A DNA stretch of 64,000 nucleotides from an uncultured Chloroflexia bacterium (GTDB taxonomy: Bacteria; Chloroflexota; Limnocylindria; Limnocylindrales; CSP1-4), in the NCBI GenBank assembly GCA_963720755.1, contig CAVRGP010000013.1:128001-192000 (forward strand), read 5' to 3'. Under the pieces are notes generated by a model. That model was not told the DNA's origin, did not search any database, and saw nothing but the letters and a program-made list of their open reading frames with translations. A program made the translations under genes and the position numbers. This document shows, in pieces, positions 55,104 through 64,000 of this stretch. The first letter of the stretch is position 1. Every line of letters starts with the position of its first letter.

Positions 55104-56247
55104 CGGGCCCCGCGACCCCAGCTTCGAGACGTTGGCGGTCCACGCCGGCGCGGAGCCCGATGAGCTGACCGGGGCGGTCGCGCCGCCCATCTTCCAGACC
55201 TCGACCTACGCCCAGGACGGGGTGGGGAAGCCGCGTCGCGGGTACGAATATGCCCGCTCGCAGAACCCGACGCGCGAGCGGCTCGAACGGGCGGTCGCGG
55301 CGCTCGAGGGCGGGCGTCATGGGATCGCCTTCGCATCCGGGTCGGCGGTGACCGCGGCCCTTGCCGAGCTGGCTGCATCCGGCGACGAGATCCTCGTCGG
55401 TGACGACGTCTACGGCGGGACGTTCCGGTACCTCGAACGAGTTCGTCGCGCGGCCGGGGTGGACACGCGGTACGTCGATCTCGCTTCGGGGCAGGACGGC
55501 CTGTGGGAGGCGTTGAACGAGCGAACGCGTCTGGTCTGGTTCGAAACGCCGACCAACCCCAACCTCAAGGTCGTCGATATCGCCGCGACCGTGGCGACCG
55601 TTGCGCGCCGGGGCACCGAGGGAGGGCGACGGCCGCTCGTCGTGGTCGACAACACGTTCGCCTCGCCGGCACTCCAGCGACCACTCGAACTCGGCGCCGA
55701 TGTCGTGTTCCACTCGGCCACCAAGTACCTGGCCGGGCACTCCGACACGATCGTCGGCGTGGCGGCGACCTCGGACCAGGCCGTCGCCGATCGCCTCCGT
55801 TTCCTCCAGAATGCGATGGGCGGCGTGCCAGGACCGCTCGATTGCTTCCTCGTCCTCCGCGGCCTGCGGACGCTCCATCTCCGGATGGAGCGGCATACCG
55901 CCAACGCCCAGGCGATCCTGGCGTTCCTGCGCGGTCGCTCCGACGTCGAGGGGATCCGCTATCCCGGCTTCGGTGGGATGCTGTCCTTCGTGCCGGTCGG
56001 CGGCGGGGCGCATGATCGTATGGCGGCGGAGCGGGCGGTCGCCATCGCCGAAGGGACCCGCCTCTTCACCCTGGCCGAGTCGCTTGGCGGCGTGGAATCG
56101 CTGATCGAAGTCCCGGCTGCGATGACCCATCTGTCCGTCGCCGGTTCCGCACTCGAGGTGGATCCGGCGCTCGTCCGCCTGTCGGTCGGGATCGAGGGCG
56201 TCGATGACCTGATCGCCGACCTGGCGGCCGCGCTCGACCGGGCCTGA
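55096..56247 (+). CDS. metB: Cystathionine gamma-lyase/synthase
   Basis: YARSQNPT, ETPTNP, DNTF, SATKYLAGHSD, AESLGGVESL. Confidence 0.9.
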   Translation: MPDGPRDPSFETLAVHAGAEPDELTGAVAPPIFQTSTYAQDGVGKPRRGYEYARSQNPTRERLERAVAALEGGRHGIAFASGSAVTAALAELAASGDEILVGDDVYGGTFRYLERVRRAAGVDTRYVDLASGQDGLWEALNERTRLVWFETPTNPNLKVVDIAATVATVARRGTEGGRRPLVVVDNTFASPALQRPLELGADVVFHSATKYLAGHSDTIVGVAATSDQAVADRLRFLQNAMGGVPGPLDCFLVLRGLRTLHLRMERHTANAQAILAFLRGRSDVEGIRYPGFGGMLSFVPVGGGAHDRMAAERAVAIAEGTRLFTLAESLGGVESLIEVPAAMTHLSVAGSALEVDPALVRLSVGIEGVDDLIADLAAALDRA

Positions 56248-56255
56248 GCCTGCAT

Positions 56256-56293
56256 CGCAATCTCGCCGCAACCGTCCCGCAACGTGGTAGCAT
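56256..56293 (+). promoter_or_regulatory. pckA promoter: three CGCAA repeats at 11-nt period plus extended -10
   Basis: CGCAA at 56256, 56267, 56278; TG-G-TAGCAT at 56285-56293. Confidence 0.55.
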
Positions 56294-56399
56294 CGCGCCA
56301 ATACGACTGCGGAAGCCGACTCCTGCGACTCTCGAGTACGCATCACGCGCGGCCGGTCGATCGGACCGTGATCGCCCGTGCAGCTGGAGTCCACCGCCG

Positions 56400-57980
56400 A
56401 TGTCCACCACCGCACCCGTCAAACCTGATGCCCTGGGCCGGTCGGTCTGGGCCGATCGATCTGTCGCCGAACTGTATGAGGACGCCATCCGCCATGGCGA
56501 GGGCCTCGTCGCCGCCGACGGCCCATTGGTCGTCCGGACCGGCAAGCACACCGGTCGGTCACCCCAGGACAAGTTCATCGTCGATGAGCCGTCGAGTCGC
56601 GATGCGATCTGGTGGGGACCGGTCAACCGACCCATCAGCGAGGCGCATTACGACCGCCTTCGAGCTCGTCTGGTCGACTACGTCGAGAGCCGGGATCTGT
56701 ACCGCCAGGACTGCCTGATCGGCGCCGCGCCGGCGCACCAGCGTGCGCTGCGGGTCTACACCGAGACCGCCTGGGCGAGCATCTTCGCCCGCAACCTGTT
56801 CCGCCGCCCCACGCCCGAGCAGTCGGCGGGATTCGTCCCGAACTTCACGATCATCTGCGTCCCGTCGTTCAAGGCCGATCCAGAAACCGAAGGCACTCGG
56901 ACCGGGACGGCGATCCTCGTCCATCTCGGCCGGATGGAGGTCCTGATCGTCGGTACCGAATATGCCGGCGAGATCAAGAAGAGCGCCTTCACGGTCATGA
57001 ACTACCTCATGCCGGCCGAGGGCGTCCTGCCGATGCATTCGGCCATCAACGTCGGCACGTCGGGTGACGCTGCGGTGTTCTTCGGCCTGTCCGGGACGGG
57101 CAAGACGACCTTGTCGGCCGATCCGCTGCGCAGCCTCATCGGCGACGACGAGCACGGCTGGGGCGACGGCGTGACCTTCAACTTCGAGGGTGGTTGCTAC
57201 GCCAAGACGATCCGGCTGTCGCCGATGTACGAGCCGGACATCTTCGCCACGACCCGTCGGTTCGGGACGGTCCTCGAGAACGTCGACCTCGATCCGCGTA
57301 CGCGTGAGCTGGACCTCGATTCGGAACGGATCACCGAGAACACCCGTGGCGCCTATCCGCTCGAGTACATCGGCAATGCCGACCCGACCGGGATCGCCGG
57401 CTCGCCGAAGGCTGTCGTCTTCCTGACGGCCGATGCGTTCGGTGTCCTGCCACCGATCTCGCGCCTGACCCGAGAGCAGGCCGCATATCACTTCATCAGC
57501 GGCTATACGGCCAAGCTCGCCGGCACGGAGGTCGGGGTCAAGGAACCGACGGCGACGTTCTCGGCCTGTTTCGGGGCGCCATTCATGCCTCGTCACCCAG
57601 GCGAATACGCGGACATGCTCGTGGATCGCCTCCAGCGCGACGACGTGCCGGTCTGGTTGATCAACACTGGCTGGACCGGCGGACCGTACGGGACCGGCGA
57701 GCGGATGGATATCGGCCATACCCGAGCGATGGTCCGAGCCGCCCTCGACGGCGCGCTCGACGACACCCCGACGCGCCTCGACCCGACGTTCGGCGTGGCG
57801 ATCCCCCTCACCGTCCCCGATGTGCCCAACCAGTATCTCGACCCGCGTTCGACGTGGGCCGACCCGGACGCCTACGATCTGGCGGCAGCCAGGCTCGCCA
57901 CGATGTTCCGTGACAACTTCGAGGCCTACGCCGACGGCGTGGACCCGGCGATCGCCGCCGCTGGTCCGGTCTCCGCCTGA
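56400..57980 (+). CDS. pckA: Phosphoenolpyruvate carboxykinase (ATP)
   Basis: TGRSP, YAGEIKK, GLSGTGKTT, IGDDEHGW, EGGCYAK. Confidence 0.96.
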   Translation: MSTTAPVKPDALGRSVWADRSVAELYEDAIRHGEGLVAADGPLVVRTGKHTGRSPQDKFIVDEPSSRDAIWWGPVNRPISEAHYDRLRARLVDYVESRDLYRQDCLIGAAPAHQRALRVYTETAWASIFARNLFRRPTPEQSAGFVPNFTIICVPSFKADPETEGTRTGTAILVHLGRMEVLIVGTEYAGEIKKSAFTVMNYLMPAEGVLPMHSAINVGTSGDAAVFFGLSGTGKTTLSADPLRSLIGDDEHGWGDGVTFNFEGGCYAKTIRLSPMYEPDIFATTRRFGTVLENVDLDPRTRELDLDSERITENTRGAYPLEYIGNADPTGIAGSPKAVVFLTADAFGVLPPISRLTREQAAYHFISGYTAKLAGTEVGVKEPTATFSACFGAPFMPRHPGEYADMLVDRLQRDDVPVWLINTGWTGGPYGTGERMDIGHTRAMVRAALDGALDDTPTRLDPTFGVAIPLTVPDVPNQYLDPRSTWADPDAYDLAAARLATMFRDNFEAYADGVDPAIAAAGPVSA

Positions 57981-58949
<969 letters not shown>

Positions 58950-58961
58950 CGGCAGCGAGCG

Positions 58962-59390
58962 TCAGGACGGCTTCTCGCAGCGGCGGATGTCGGTGAGGCC
59001 AGACCCGCGGTAGTCGAAGGTCGCTCCGGCGGCCGTGCCGACGACCTTCCAGCCATCGACCGGGATCTGCGTGTAGGCCATCCCGGGTTGCGGGCAGCCA
59101 AGGCTGCCGTCCGGGTAGGTCACCGCTTCGCCCGAGATGATGGTGACGTCGCTCGCTGAGACGCCGGCATCCTTGGCGATCTCCACCTTGACGGCCGCGA
59201 TGATCGGGGCCGGCAAGTCGATCGTACCCGCGCTCGGGCTTGGGCTGCCCCCCGGGATGATCGACGGTTGGTCCGAGGCGACCGAGAACGATGGAGTGGG
59301 GCTCACCGCCGGCGACGGCGATGACGCGGCAGCCGAACAGCCGGCCACGAACAGGAATGCGGCAAGCAGGCCGACGTGGGTGATCTTCAT
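58962..59390 (-). CDS. Hypothetical lipoprotein
   Basis: Lipobox VAGC, Ser/Pro linker, DGSLGCPQPGMAYTQ domain. Confidence 0.75.
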   Translation of the reverse strand: MKITHVGLLAAFLFVAGCSAAASSPSPAVSPTPSFSVASDQPSIIPGGSPSPSAGTIDLPAPIIAAVKVEIAKDAGVSASDVTIISGEAVTYPDGSLGCPQPGMAYTQIPVDGWKVVGTAAGATFDYRGSGLTDIRRCEKPS

Positions 59391-59552
59391 GGGTCGATGG
59401 TAGCGCGCCGCCGGTCTCGCGGGCCGTGGCCGGACCTGATCGTGCATGCGGTGGGACCTCCATGGGTTGGGCATCCCAAAGACGCGACCGGCGTCGCACC
59501 GGTTCCGTCGAGCCAGCGGGCGGGCGGGGCAACCTTCGATACACTCACCCCC

Positions 59553-60455
59553 GTGCTCCTCGCGGTCGTGACCTTCCAATTCGATCCCTACGCCCACATC
59601 CTCGACGGCGTGGACGTCCTGTGGGGTTCGATCGCGCTGGCCGCCACGATCGCGGCCGCGCTGATCCTGGCCGGTCTCCTGGCCCGCGCCGAACGTCTTC
59701 GAGCCGATGACGTCCTGTTCATCGCCATCGGGATCGTGCCGGGCGCCGTCATCGCCGGCCGGCTGGGGTTCCTGCTGGTCCACGCCGACAGCTACGGGGC
59801 CGATCCGGGCGCGTTGATCGATCCAGCGCGCGGTGGGCTGGATCTTGCGCTCGCCGTCGTTGGCGGCCTGCTGACCGGTGCATACGTGGCCCGACTCCTC
59901 GGCGCGCCGGTCCGACGATGGCTTCACCTGGCGGTCGCACCGGTCCTGCTCGTGCTGGGCGTCGGCAAGCTCACCATGGTCCTGACCGGAACGGGTCAGG
60001 GGCTGCCGAACGCGGGCGTGACGGCGACCGCGTATCTCGGGCCCGGGCCCTGGGGCTCGCTCCTGCCGGCGCTCCCGTCTGATCCATCGCAGGCGTTCGA
60101 AGGGATCGCGACCCTGGCGATCCTGATCGCCTTGACATTGGCATCGGCGCTCGGCGCCTTCGGTCGCCATGACGGGCGCCTGTTCTTCGTCGCGATCGGC
60201 CTGTGGGCGCTGGCACGAGCGTTCGTGTCCACCACCTGGCGGGACCCGGCTGTCGTGGCCGGTCTGAGTGCTGGAGGATTGCTGTCGCTCGCCATTGCGA
60301 TCGGTTGCGCGGTCGTCCTCATCGCCATGACGCTCCGGCCGGGAACGGCGGGATCGGCAGGGATCGAGGGCGCCGACGGTCGTGCGGGCGCCGACGACGC
60401 CGGGGCGGAGGCCCTGGTCACCTGGCCCGATCCGGAGTCCCAGCGGCCGTTCTGA
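59553..60455 (+). CDS. Lgt-like membrane protein with degenerate active site
   Basis: FDP N-terminus, IAGRL, GGL, PSQAFE, R..WRD match the Lgt layout, but RxGNF is absent. Confidence 0.7.
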   Translation: MLLAVVTFQFDPYAHILDGVDVLWGSIALAATIAAALILAGLLARAERLRADDVLFIAIGIVPGAVIAGRLGFLLVHADSYGADPGALIDPARGGLDLALAVVGGLLTGAYVARLLGAPVRRWLHLAVAPVLLVLGVGKLTMVLTGTGQGLPNAGVTATAYLGPGPWGSLLPALPSDPSQAFEGIATLAILIALTLASALGAFGRHDGRLFFVAIGLWALARAFVSTTWRDPAVVAGLSAGGLLSLAIAIGCAVVLIAMTLRPGTAGSAGIEGADGRAGADDAGAEALVTWPDPESQRPF

Positions 60456-60525
60456 CCTTGGTGGCCGCCCACGGACCTGGGCGGCTCGCGGTATCGTGGC
60501 GCTACCCATCAAGAGGTCCGAACCG

Positions 60526-62067
60526 ATGACACAGACCACAGCACCAGGCAGCCGCGACGTGACCGGGCTCGAGGCCGGCAGGGTCAGCCACTGGATCGAG
60601 GGACGGACCGTCGCCGGGACGTCCGGACGCGAAGGCCCGGTGTACGACCCCGCGACCGGTCAGGTGACCCGGCAGGTCGACTTCGCGTCCGTGGAGGAAG
60701 TGGGGCTCGCCGTGGCGGCGGCCAAGGCAGCTTTTCCCGTCTGGCGCTCGACCTCGCTGTCCAAGCGGACCGACATCATGTTCAAGATCAGGAACCTGGT
60801 CGAGGCGAACCGCAAGGAGATCGCGGCGCTGCTGACCGCCGAGCATGGGAAGGTCCCGTCGGATGCGCTCGGCGAGATCGCCCGGGGCATCGAGAACCTC
60901 GAGTTCGCCTGCGGGATCGCCAGCCTGCTCAAGGGCGGGTACTCGGAGCAGGTCTCCGGCGGGGTCGATGTCTACCAGATCCGACAGCCGCTCGGGGTCG
61001 TTGCCGGGATCACTCCGTTCAACTTCCCGGCCATGGTCCCCATGTGGATGTTCGCGACGGCGATCGCGGCCGGCAACACGTTCATCCTCAAGCCGTCCGA
61101 GAAGGATCCGTCGGCGGCCAACCTCCTGGCCGGGCTGCTGGCCGAGGCCGGCGTCCCGGATGGGGTCTTCAACGTCGTGCACGGCGACAAGATCGCCGTC
61201 GATGCCATCCTCGCGCATCCGGACGTCGCCGCAGTGTCATTCGTCGGTTCCACGCCGATCGCCCGCTACATCTACGAGACCGGGACGAAGGCCGGCAAAC
61301 GCGTCCAGGCGCTCGGTGGGGCCAAGAACCACATGATCGTCCTGCCCGACGCCGACGTCGAGATGGCCGCGGACGCGGCGGTCTCGGCCGGCTACGGCTC
61401 GGCCGGCGAGCGGTGCATGGCGATCGCGACGATCGTGGCGGTCGGTGCGATCGCGGACCCTCTCGTCGAGGCGATCAAAGTCCGCCTGCCCAGGATCAAT
61501 GTCGGACCGGGCACGGATGCCACGGCCGAGATGGGTCCGCTGGTCACCCGCCAGCATCGGGACAAGGTTGCCTCGTACCTCGACAGCGGCCCGGCCCAGG
61601 GTGCCACGGTCGTCGCCGATGGCCGGGAGCACCCGCTCTACGACAGCTCCGACGGGTTCTTCCTGGGCGTTTCGCTGATCGATCACGTGACCCCGGCGAT
61701 GGATGCCTATCGCGACGAGATCTTCGGCCCGGTCCTGACGGTGATGCGGGTCGACACCTACGACGAGGCCGTCAAGCTCATCAACGACAACCCCTACGGC
61801 AACGGCACGGCGATCTTCACCCGTGACGGCGGCGCGGCGCGCCAGTTCCAGTTCGACGTGAACGCCGGGATGGTCGGGATCAACGTGCCGATCCCGGTCC
61901 CCGTGTCCTACTACAGTTTCGGCGGTTGGAAGAGCTCGCTCTTCGGCGACTTGCACATGTACGGGCCGGAGGGCGTCCAGTTCTATACCCGGGCCAAGAT
62001 CGTGACGGCACGTTGGCCGGATCCCGGGACGAGCAAGATCGACCTCGGCTTCCCGCGGACGCGCTAG
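60526..62067 (+). CDS. mmsA: CoA-acylating (methyl)malonate-semialdehyde dehydrogenase
   Basis: TPFNFP, KPSEKDP, GAKNH, GERCMA, GINVPIPVP. Confidence 0.93.
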   Translation: MTQTTAPGSRDVTGLEAGRVSHWIEGRTVAGTSGREGPVYDPATGQVTRQVDFASVEEVGLAVAAAKAAFPVWRSTSLSKRTDIMFKIRNLVEANRKEIAALLTAEHGKVPSDALGEIARGIENLEFACGIASLLKGGYSEQVSGGVDVYQIRQPLGVVAGITPFNFPAMVPMWMFATAIAAGNTFILKPSEKDPSAANLLAGLLAEAGVPDGVFNVVHGDKIAVDAILAHPDVAAVSFVGSTPIARYIYETGTKAGKRVQALGGAKNHMIVLPDADVEMAADAAVSAGYGSAGERCMAIATIVAVGAIADPLVEAIKVRLPRINVGPGTDATAEMGPLVTRQHRDKVASYLDSGPAQGATVVADGREHPLYDSSDGFFLGVSLIDHVTPAMDAYRDEIFGPVLTVMRVDTYDEAVKLINDNPYGNGTAIFTRDGGAARQFQFDVNAGMVGINVPIPVPVSYYSFGGWKSSLFGDLHMYGPEGVQFYTRAKIVTARWPDPGTSKIDLGFPRTR

Positions 62068-62087
62068 GGGCGATCACACCGGCCAGG

Positions 62088-63002
62088 TCAGGCGAGGATG
62101 TCGGCGAGCGCCGCGATCTCCGCCGGTCCCGTCCCGCAGCAACCGCCCAGCCAGGTCGCCCCGAGATCCGGCCACGAACCGACGACGTCGGGGTCAAACC
62201 GGCCGCCGTCATCGGCCACCCACCGCCGGCGCATTGGATCCCAGCGGTCACCGCCGTTCGGGTAGGCGATCAACGGCCGCACGGTCGCCGTGCGAGCGCT
62301 TGCCAGGAGGCCGGGCAGGTGGCGCGGCGCGGTGCAGTTAACGCCGACCGCGACGATCCGCGGGTGCGCCCCGAGCGCCACGGCCTGCTCGATCGGATCG
62401 CCGGCCGACGTCGTCGCCGCGTCCCGGCACGAATAGCTGAGCCAGGCCGGGCAGTCGAACTCGTCGAGCAGTCCCACGAGTACCTCCGCTTCGCGGATGG
62501 TCGGGATCGTCTCGAAGGCGAAGAGGTCGACGCCCGCCTCGACCAGCGCTTCCATCCTGGGACGATGGAACGCGGCCAGCGCCGCCGTCGAGACGTCGTA
62601 GTCGCCGCGGTATTCGGACCCATCGGCCAGCATGGCGCCATACGGCCCGACCGAGCCGGCGATCAAGATCGGATCCGGCCGGCCGGTCTCGTCCCGGAAG
62701 CGCACCCGAGCCCGATCCGCAAGCTCGACGCTCAGTTTGATCAACTCAAGGGCCTGCCGTCGGTCCAGACCGGCGCCCTCGAACCCCTCGACGGTCGCCT
62801 GGTAGCTGGCCGTGGTGGCCACGATCGCTCCGGCCCGAAAATACGCCAGGTGGACGTCCTCGATCGCATCCGGATCCGTCTGGAGCAGGCGGGCCGACCA
62901 GAGGTGGTCCGACAGATCGTGGCCGCGAGCCATCAACTCCGTCGCCAGCCCGCCGTCGAGGACGACGACGTCGTCCGGGGCGGGCCATGCTGACGGGTTC
63001 AC
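62088..63002 (-). CDS. mmuM: Homocysteine S-methyltransferase
   Basis: LDGG, WSA, GSVGPYGA, FETIP, GVNC, YPN, GGCC. Confidence 0.92.
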   Translation of the reverse strand: MNPSAWPAPDDVVVLDGGLATELMARGHDLSDHLWSARLLQTDPDAIEDVHLAYFRAGAIVATTASYQATVEGFEGAGLDRRQALELIKLSVELADRARVRFRDETGRPDPILIAGSVGPYGAMLADGSEYRGDYDVSTAALAAFHRPRMEALVEAGVDLFAFETIPTIREAEVLVGLLDEFDCPAWLSYSCRDAATTSAGDPIEQAVALGAHPRIVAVGVNCTAPRHLPGLLASARTATVRPLIAYPNGGDRWDPMRRRWVADDGGRFDPDVVGSWPDLGATWLGGCCGTGPAEIAALADILA

Positions 63003-63003
63003 A

Positions 63004-64000
63004 TCAGTGCGTTCGGACGTAGTCGGCGGGGGAGCGCCTGATGAATCGGCCGTGGCCCCGCCGGCCGGTGAACTCGCCACCGCGCACGATCACGTCGCCG
63101 CGCGACAGGACGAGATCGCTGGCACCCTGCACGGTCCGACCCTCGTAGCACGAGTAGTCCACGTCCATGTGGTGGCTCGCGGCCGAGATCACGCGCGTGC
63201 GGTTCGGGTCGTAGACGACGAGATCGGCGTCCGAGCCGACCGCGATGGTCCCCTTTTGCGGGTACATCCCGAACAGCTTGGCCGGTGCCGTCGAGATGAT
63301 CTCGACCCACCGTTCCCTCGTGATCCGGCCACCAACGACGCCACCATCGTGGAGCAGGTCCACCCGGTCCTCGACGCCCGGCAGCCCGTTCGGGACCTTG
63401 CGGAAATCGCCTCGACCGAGGTCCTTCTGGCCGTGGAAGTCGAACGGACAGTGGTCTGTGGCGACGAGCTGAAGATCGTCCCGGACCAGGCCCGTCCAGA
63501 GCTCGTCCCAGTGATCCTTCGTTCGCAGAGGAGGGGAGCACACGTACTTGGCGCCCTCGAACCCGTTGCCCAGGTCGTCGAGCGACAGGAACAGGTATTG
63601 CGGACAGGTTTCGGCGAACACCTTCGAGCCACGGTCGCGGGCGTCTCGCACCGCATCGAGCGCCTCGCGCGCGGACAGGTGGACGACGTAAACGGGCGCC
63701 CCCGCCGCCTCGGCCAACCGGATCACCCGGTTCGTCGCTTCCCCTTCGAAGACGGCCAGCCGGGCCAGCCCATGGCCGATCGGATCGGTCGTGCCGCCCG
63801 CCACGGTCTGCTCGGCCACGACGTCGATCGCCATCCCGTTCTCGGCATGCATCATGATCAGCCCGCCGTTCCGGGCGGTCTGCTGCATGGCCCGGAAGAT
63901 CGCCCCGTCATCGCTGTAGAAGACACCTGGATAGGCCGTGAACAGCTTGAAGTCCGGCACCCCTTCGGCCACGAGGCCGTCCATCTCCGCCAGCGTGTCG
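63004..64000 (-). CDS. hydA: Dihydropyrimidinase/hydantoinase, 5' end outside the window
   Basis: FKLF, HAEN, VHLS, TDHCPF, PNGLPG, GSDADL. Confidence 0.92.
   Translation of the reverse strand, partial: DTLAEMDGLVAEGVPDFKLFTAYPGVFYSDDGAIFRAMQQTARNGGLIMMHAENGMAIDVVAEQTVAGGTTDPIGHGLARLAVFEGEATNRVIRLAEAAGAPVYVVHLSAREALDAVRDARDRGSKVFAETCPQYLFLSLDDLGNGFEGAKYVCSPPLRTKDHWDELWTGLVRDDLQLVATDHCPFDFHGQKDLGRGDFRKVPNGLPGVEDRVDLLHDGGVVGGRITRERWVEIISTAPAKLFGMYPQKGTIAVGSDADLVVYDPNRTRVISAASHHMDVDYSCYEGRTVQGASDLVLSRGDVIVRGGEFTGRRGHGRFIRRSPADYVRTH

Overview
This is a very GC-rich, gene-dense bacterial chromosomal segment with about 60 real CDSs. I found no rRNA, tRNA, CRISPR array, transposase or integrase. 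Gene content and frequent apparent leaderless starts suggest a monoderm such as Chloroflexota or Actinomycetota (inference only). From left to right: Fe/Ni uptake genes (FTR1, NiCoT-like, Fur family); fabI; an amine/amino-acid catabolic block; then a ~15.6 kb redox island (10169-25747). The island contains a cNMP-domain protein, a group 3b [NiFe] sulfhydrogenase with fused beta-gamma subunits, and a maturation protease in frame with pyruvate:ferredoxin oxidoreductase. That PFOR is split around a CBS protein. The island continues with HypC, EamA and DUF6390-like genes, a hemerythrin-like protein plus an unknown protein, and a DsrE-TusA-DsrE-TusA-SQR sulfur relay. Three island promoter regions share a DosR-box-like palindrome. 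Further right are MMPL and RND transporters, a DUF6325/SHOCT/PLD/holin-phosphodiesterase/DUF1269 cluster, sufB-sufD-Rieske, a VIT1 fusion, lgt-plsC, cbs-GNAT-metB, pckA-mdh, a degenerate second Lgt, mmsA, mmuM and a partial dihydropyrimidinase. All family calls come from motif recognition by eye; no searches were run.
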